From NCBI GenBank assembly GCA_963748215.1, contig CAVVHS010000006.1, positions 416,001 through 480,000 of the forward strand: a stretch of DNA of 64,000 nt. Reading direction: 5' to 3'. The stretch comes from an uncultured Gammaproteobacteria bacterium (GTDB lineage: Bacteria > Pseudomonadota > Gammaproteobacteria > UBA9214). Within the stretch, counting starts at the first letter, position 1, and the number at the start of each line of letters is the position of its first letter. A program made the translations under genes and the position numbers. Below, piece by piece: positions 60,841-64,000 of this stretch. Under the pieces are notes generated by a model. The model did no database searches. It was not told the DNA's origin and was given only the letters and a program-made list of their open reading frames with translations.

Positions 60841-61060
60841 CCCGACCCGGATAAACAAAAAAGCCCCGCAAGAGGCTGATTCATTTGCGGCGGAGAGGGT
60901 GGGATTACTCGGCCTTTGGCCTCGCCCCTGCGGGGTCGCCGTCGCGACGGCCGCGACGGCGCTGTCTCGCACTGCTGCGCAGTGCTCGGCTCGAACCCGC
61001 GTGGCTTCTCACCCACCCTGCCCCGATAAAGAACAAGCCCCCAAAGGGGCCTGTTCATTT
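60841..61060 (-). repeat. Duplicated tRNA-Ser 3' end plus terminator-like hairpin, interrupted by a palindromic insert
   Basis: GGCGGAGAGGGTGGGATT at 60889-60906 equals 61062-61079; hairpins AAGCCCC-GCAA-GAGGCT and AAGCCCCC-AAAG-GGGC precede each copy. Confidence 0.8.
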
Positions 61061-61148
61061 TGGCGGAGAGGGTGGGATTCGAACCCACGGACCGTCGCCG
61101 GTCAACGGTTTTCAAGACCGTCGCTTTCGACCACTCAGCCACCTCTCC
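61061..61148 (-). tRNA. serT: tRNA-Ser (anticodon UGA)
   Basis: GGAGAGG...CCTCTCC-GCCA acceptor, anticodon loop CT-TGA-AA, long variable arm, GGTTCGAATCC T-arm; next to yccA as in E. coli. Confidence 0.97.
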
Positions 61149-61621
61149 TGAACCTGCTACTTTCGCTGTCTGGCAAGCTGCTATCGGCAACGTCACGACG
61201 CGACTCCCCCGCCGCTTTGCTCGGCACATCCCTGTGCCTCACCCCTGCGGGGCCGCCGTTGCGGGCTCCGGCGTCCTGAATCGCTCCCGGCGATTCAGTC
61301 GACCACTCAGCCACCTCTCCTGAACCTGCTACTTTCGCTGTCTGGCAAGCTGCTATCGGCAACGTCACGACGCGACTCCCCCGCCGCTTTGCTCGGCACA
61401 TCCCTGTGCCTCACCCCTGCGGGGCCGCCGTTGCGGGCTCCGGCGTCCTGAATCGCTCCCGGCGATTCAGTCGACCACTCAGCCACCTCTCCTGAACCTG
61501 CTACTTTCGCTGTCTGGCAAGCTGCTATCGGCAGCGTCACGACGCGACTCCCCCGCCGCTTTGCTCGGCACATCCCTGTGCCTCACCCCTGCGGGGCCGC
61601 CGTCGCGAGGCTCCGGCGTCC
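61127..61621. repeat. 172-bp tandem repeat (~2.9 copies), each containing the first 22 nt of tRNA-Ser
   Basis: TCGACCACTCAGCCACCTCTCC starts at 61127, 61299, 61471; units 1 and 2 identical by eye, unit 3 slightly diverged. Confidence 0.95.
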
Positions 61622-61857
61622 GCGCCTGCAGGCCCGATAGACAGGCCTGTGTTCTCGACCTGCGGGCCACCATCATCATCGCTGGATGCCGCGCAAGAAT
61701 ACCGGAAGCCAGCCGCTCCTGGCCAGTGAATTGCCACAAAAAACTCATGTTTATCAAGTTGCTGTTTCCGGGCGGGATGTATATCCTTAGTGAACTGCTA
61801 GGGTATTGAATTGTCATACCCGGTACCAAACTGTTACAGCCAAGGAGTTAGCAAAAC

Positions 61858-62526
61858 ATGAGCATGATTGAAAAGACCGTTATTCGTTCTGAACAATCGG
61901 TGCTGGCCACCAACAAGGTGCTGCGCAATACCTACGCCCTGCTGTCGATGACGCTGATCTTCAGCGCGCTGTGTGCAGGTGCAGCCGTTGCACTCAGTAT
62001 GCCGCCAATGGGCATGATCGTCACCCTGGTCGGCTATTTCGGTCTGCTGTTCCTGACCACGCGATTCAGCAACAGCGGCCTGGGCCTGCTGTTCGTCTTC
62101 GCCCTGACCGGCTTCATGGGGCTGACGCTTGGGCCGATCATCAGCATGTATCTGTCCATCCCGAACGGTAACCAGCTCGTGATGACCGCCATGGGCGGGA
62201 CCGGCGTCATCTTCCTGGGCCTGTCAGGCTACGTACTGACCACGCGCAAGGATTTCAGCTTTATCGGCGGCTTCCTGATGGTTGGTATCCTGGTGGCGTT
62301 CCTCGCCGGTATTGCCAGCATGTTCCTGAGCATGCCGGGACTGTCGCTGGCCGTATCTGCAATGTTCGTCCTGCTGATGTCGGGCTTGATCCTCTACCAG
62401 ACCAGCGAAATCATCCATGGCGGCGAGACCAACTACATCCTGGCCACGGTGACGCTGTTCGTTTCCATATACAACCTGTTCCTGAGCCTGCTGCAGTTGC
62501 TCGGGGCGCTGGGTGGTGATGATTAA
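61858..62526 (+). CDS. yccA: Bax inhibitor-1 family membrane protein YccA
   Basis: NKVLRNTYALLSMTL, TRKDFSF, IIHGGETNYILATV.LFVSIYNLF; RBS AAGGAG. Confidence 0.95.
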   Translation: MSMIEKTVIRSEQSVLATNKVLRNTYALLSMTLIFSALCAGAAVALSMPPMGMIVTLVGYFGLLFLTTRFSNSGLGLLFVFALTGFMGLTLGPIISMYLSIPNGNQLVMTAMGGTGVIFLGLSGYVLTTRKDFSFIGGFLMVGILVAFLAGIASMFLSMPGLSLAVSAMFVLLMSGLILYQTSEIIHGGETNYILATVTLFVSIYNLFLSLLQLLGALGGDD

Positions 62527-62546
62527 CCGCCTTAGCCTATACCTGT

Positions 62547-62576
62547 ACAGGCCCCGCTATGCGGGGCCTGTTTTTT
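62547..62576 (+). terminator. Intrinsic terminator after yccA
   Basis: ACAGGCCCCGC-TAT-GCGGGGCCTGT followed by T run. Confidence 0.8.
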
Positions 62577-62990
62577 ATGGATGTCGACATGCACGAATCA
62601 TTTGACGCACGCAACGAGCTGGAAGAGAAACTGCTGGCCGCCCAGGAAGGCCAGATCAGCAGCGAGGAGTTCATGCAGTACCTGATGGATAACCAGGTGT
62701 TCATGCCGGTGAAGGACTCGATCGGTATCGGCGGGTTCACGGCCAGCAACAAGGCGGTACCGCTGACGCTCAGGAGCGACGACAACACCGAGGTGCTGAT
62801 CCTGTTCACCAGTCCCGATCGGGCCAAGGATTTCGTGAGTGAATTTCCCGGCTACGAAGGCGGCCTGCTGGCCGAGTTCAGCTGGGTGCTGGAGCGCACC
62901 GGCAGCGGCATCGGCATTTCCATCAATCCGAACTGGCCGGTCGGCTTCGATCTCGAGCCGGAGATGGTCCAGCAGCTGAAGCACAACTGA
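62577..62990 (+). CDS. SseB N-terminal domain family protein
   Basis: NELEEKL, QVFMP, LFTSPDRA, GISINP pattern; start 62577 or 62589. Confidence 0.75.
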   Translation: MDVDMHESFDARNELEEKLLAAQEGQISSEEFMQYLMDNQVFMPVKDSIGIGGFTASNKAVPLTLRSDDNTEVLILFTSPDRAKDFVSEFPGYEGGLLAEFSWVLERTGSGIGISINPNWPVGFDLEPEMVQQLKHN

Positions 62991-62995
62991 CCTGC

Positions 62996-63442
62996 TTGAA
63001 AGCGATAACCCCGCCGGCAACGGATTACCTGTTCTATATCGCGCTGCTGGCGGGGCCCGCCAGCTGGCTGGCCCTGTACCACCTGCTCGACCCCACCCTG
63101 CGCCTGGACTGGCCGCTGCGCCAGCCCGGGCTATTCCTGATGCCGGCACTGGTCTATCCGGTGTTGGAGGAAATCGCCTTTCGTGGCCTGTTGCAGGAGC
63201 TGGTGCGCGAACACATCAGCCGCGCCTCACTCGGGCCCCTGTCGTATGCCAACCTGCTTACCAGCGTGGTGTTCACTGCCCTGCACTTCATCTATCACCC
63301 GCCGCTGTGGGCCGCGCTGGTGCTGCTCCCTTCCCTGGTATTCGGTTTCTTCAAGGACCGTACCGGCGCGCTAGCGGCTCCTGTTCTCCTGCACGTCTTT
63401 TACAACGCCGGTTTTCTCTGGCTGTTCTCCGCGCCCGGGTAA
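62996..63442 (+). CDS. CPBP/CAAX-type intramembrane glutamic protease, resembling the JDVT-CTERM sorting protease
   Basis: EEIAFRG, FTALH, HVFYN motifs; short 148-aa hydrophobic protein. Confidence 0.8.
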   Translation: MKAITPPATDYLFYIALLAGPASWLALYHLLDPTLRLDWPLRQPGLFLMPALVYPVLEEIAFRGLLQELVREHISRASLGPLSYANLLTSVVFTALHFIYHPPLWAALVLLPSLVFGFFKDRTGALAAPVLLHVFYNAGFLWLFSAPG

Positions 63443-63470
63443 CGGGCTTCCCGAATTCGCGAAGGTAATC

Positions 63471-63606
63471 GATGCGGTCCGCAAGCTCACCGCATCCTGC
63501 GACGCTCAGGAGCAAGTCGTGTTGTAGGAGCGGATCTCATGCGCGATGGGGTCATACAGACACGAATGGTTGTAGATCTTCATTCGTGGTCCGCGTCCGC
63601 TCCTAC
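63471..63606. repeat. Cluster of REP-like palindromes
   Basis: GATGCGGT..ACCGCATCCTGC (63471-63500) and inverted pair GTAGGAGCGGA (63524) ... TCCGCTCCTAC (63606). Confidence 0.65.
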
Positions 63607-64000
63607 CGCAATGTTTGCAAAATTCCGACAAACCGGTTATGGCGGGCGCGCAGTCGCGGATTCTCGCGTGGCGTAAAACGTGCGACTGGTCCCGACGCCG
63701 GCCAGGCCGCGGATGCGCCGGACGCCTGCCAGGCAATGCCGCGGGCCGTGGCCTCGACCTGTGGCGGACGCTGCACCTCGAGCCCGGACAGATCGGCCAG
63801 TCTCTGGCACAGGGCGTCGAGGTTGGCCAGTCCGCCGCTGATACGGATGGTGCCGACGGATGGGGCTGCCTGGCACATCAGACCGATGTTGGCCTGGATC
63901 AGGAACAGGATGCTCTCGATCACTGCCACCATGGCCTCAGGGGCGGACGGACTGCTGCTTTCGAAATACGGTTCCGGTGCGGTACGCCACCACGGCGCAC
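63603..64000 (-). CDS. FGGY-family carbohydrate kinase (glycerol kinase-like), C-terminal part, runs off window
   Basis: APWW, AVIESI, ISGGLANLDALCQRLADLSG..V.RP..VEATARG. Confidence 0.82.
   Translation of the reverse strand, partial: APWWRTAPEPYFESSSPSAPEAMVAVIESILFLIQANIGLMCQAAPSVGTIRISGGLANLDALCQRLADLSGLEVQRPPQVEATARGIAWQASGASAAWPASGPVARFTPRENPRLRARHNRFVGILQTLR

Noticed and set aside
54273-61148. Integrative island at tRNA-Ser bounded by att sites
   Set aside because: The duplicated 3' end is only ~170 bp from the tRNA; no integrase and no distal att copy was seen
60660-61229. N-terminal ~190 aa of the 1149-aa ORF and the repeated 88-aa ORFs at 61135-61573
   Set aside because: They run through the tRNA and tandem repeats; spurious open frames
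61127-61621. Possible CRISPR array
   Set aside because: Whole 172-bp units repeat with no unique spacers, and there are no cas genes in the window

Overview
GC-rich gammaproteobacterial chromosome segment, probably from a sulfur oxidiser (it carries a sulfur-globule-protein gene). Left third: housekeeping synteny fabH(3' end)-fabD-fabG-acpP-fabF-pabB-pabC-mltG-tmk-holB-pilZ-tatD, then a convergent beta-oxidation cluster (fadE, thiolase, FadJ-like, acyl-CoA ligase, thioesterase) and envelope/redox genes. The best candidate for an uncharacterised system is a ~22 kb divergent locus (30351-52239). It joins a TolQ/2xExbD/TonB motor with three TPR proteins and two outer-membrane barrels (resembling the Myxococcus Agl-Glt core) to an ApbE/DUF3570/DUF4266/TlpA flavinylation-thiol module and three heme-c-motif exported proteins plus a Tat substrate. 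Other signals: one ExbD paralogue has Asn in place of the proton-carrying Asp; a 138-aa protein resembles half of a sulfur oxygenase reductase; tRNA-Ser(UGA) is preceded by a 172-bp tandem array repeating its own 5' end; nested miniature repeats carry CsrA/RsmA-type GGA hairpins. Three genes are each split by one extra base, most likely sequencing errors. All family assignments come from motif recognition by eye; no database searches or computations were run.
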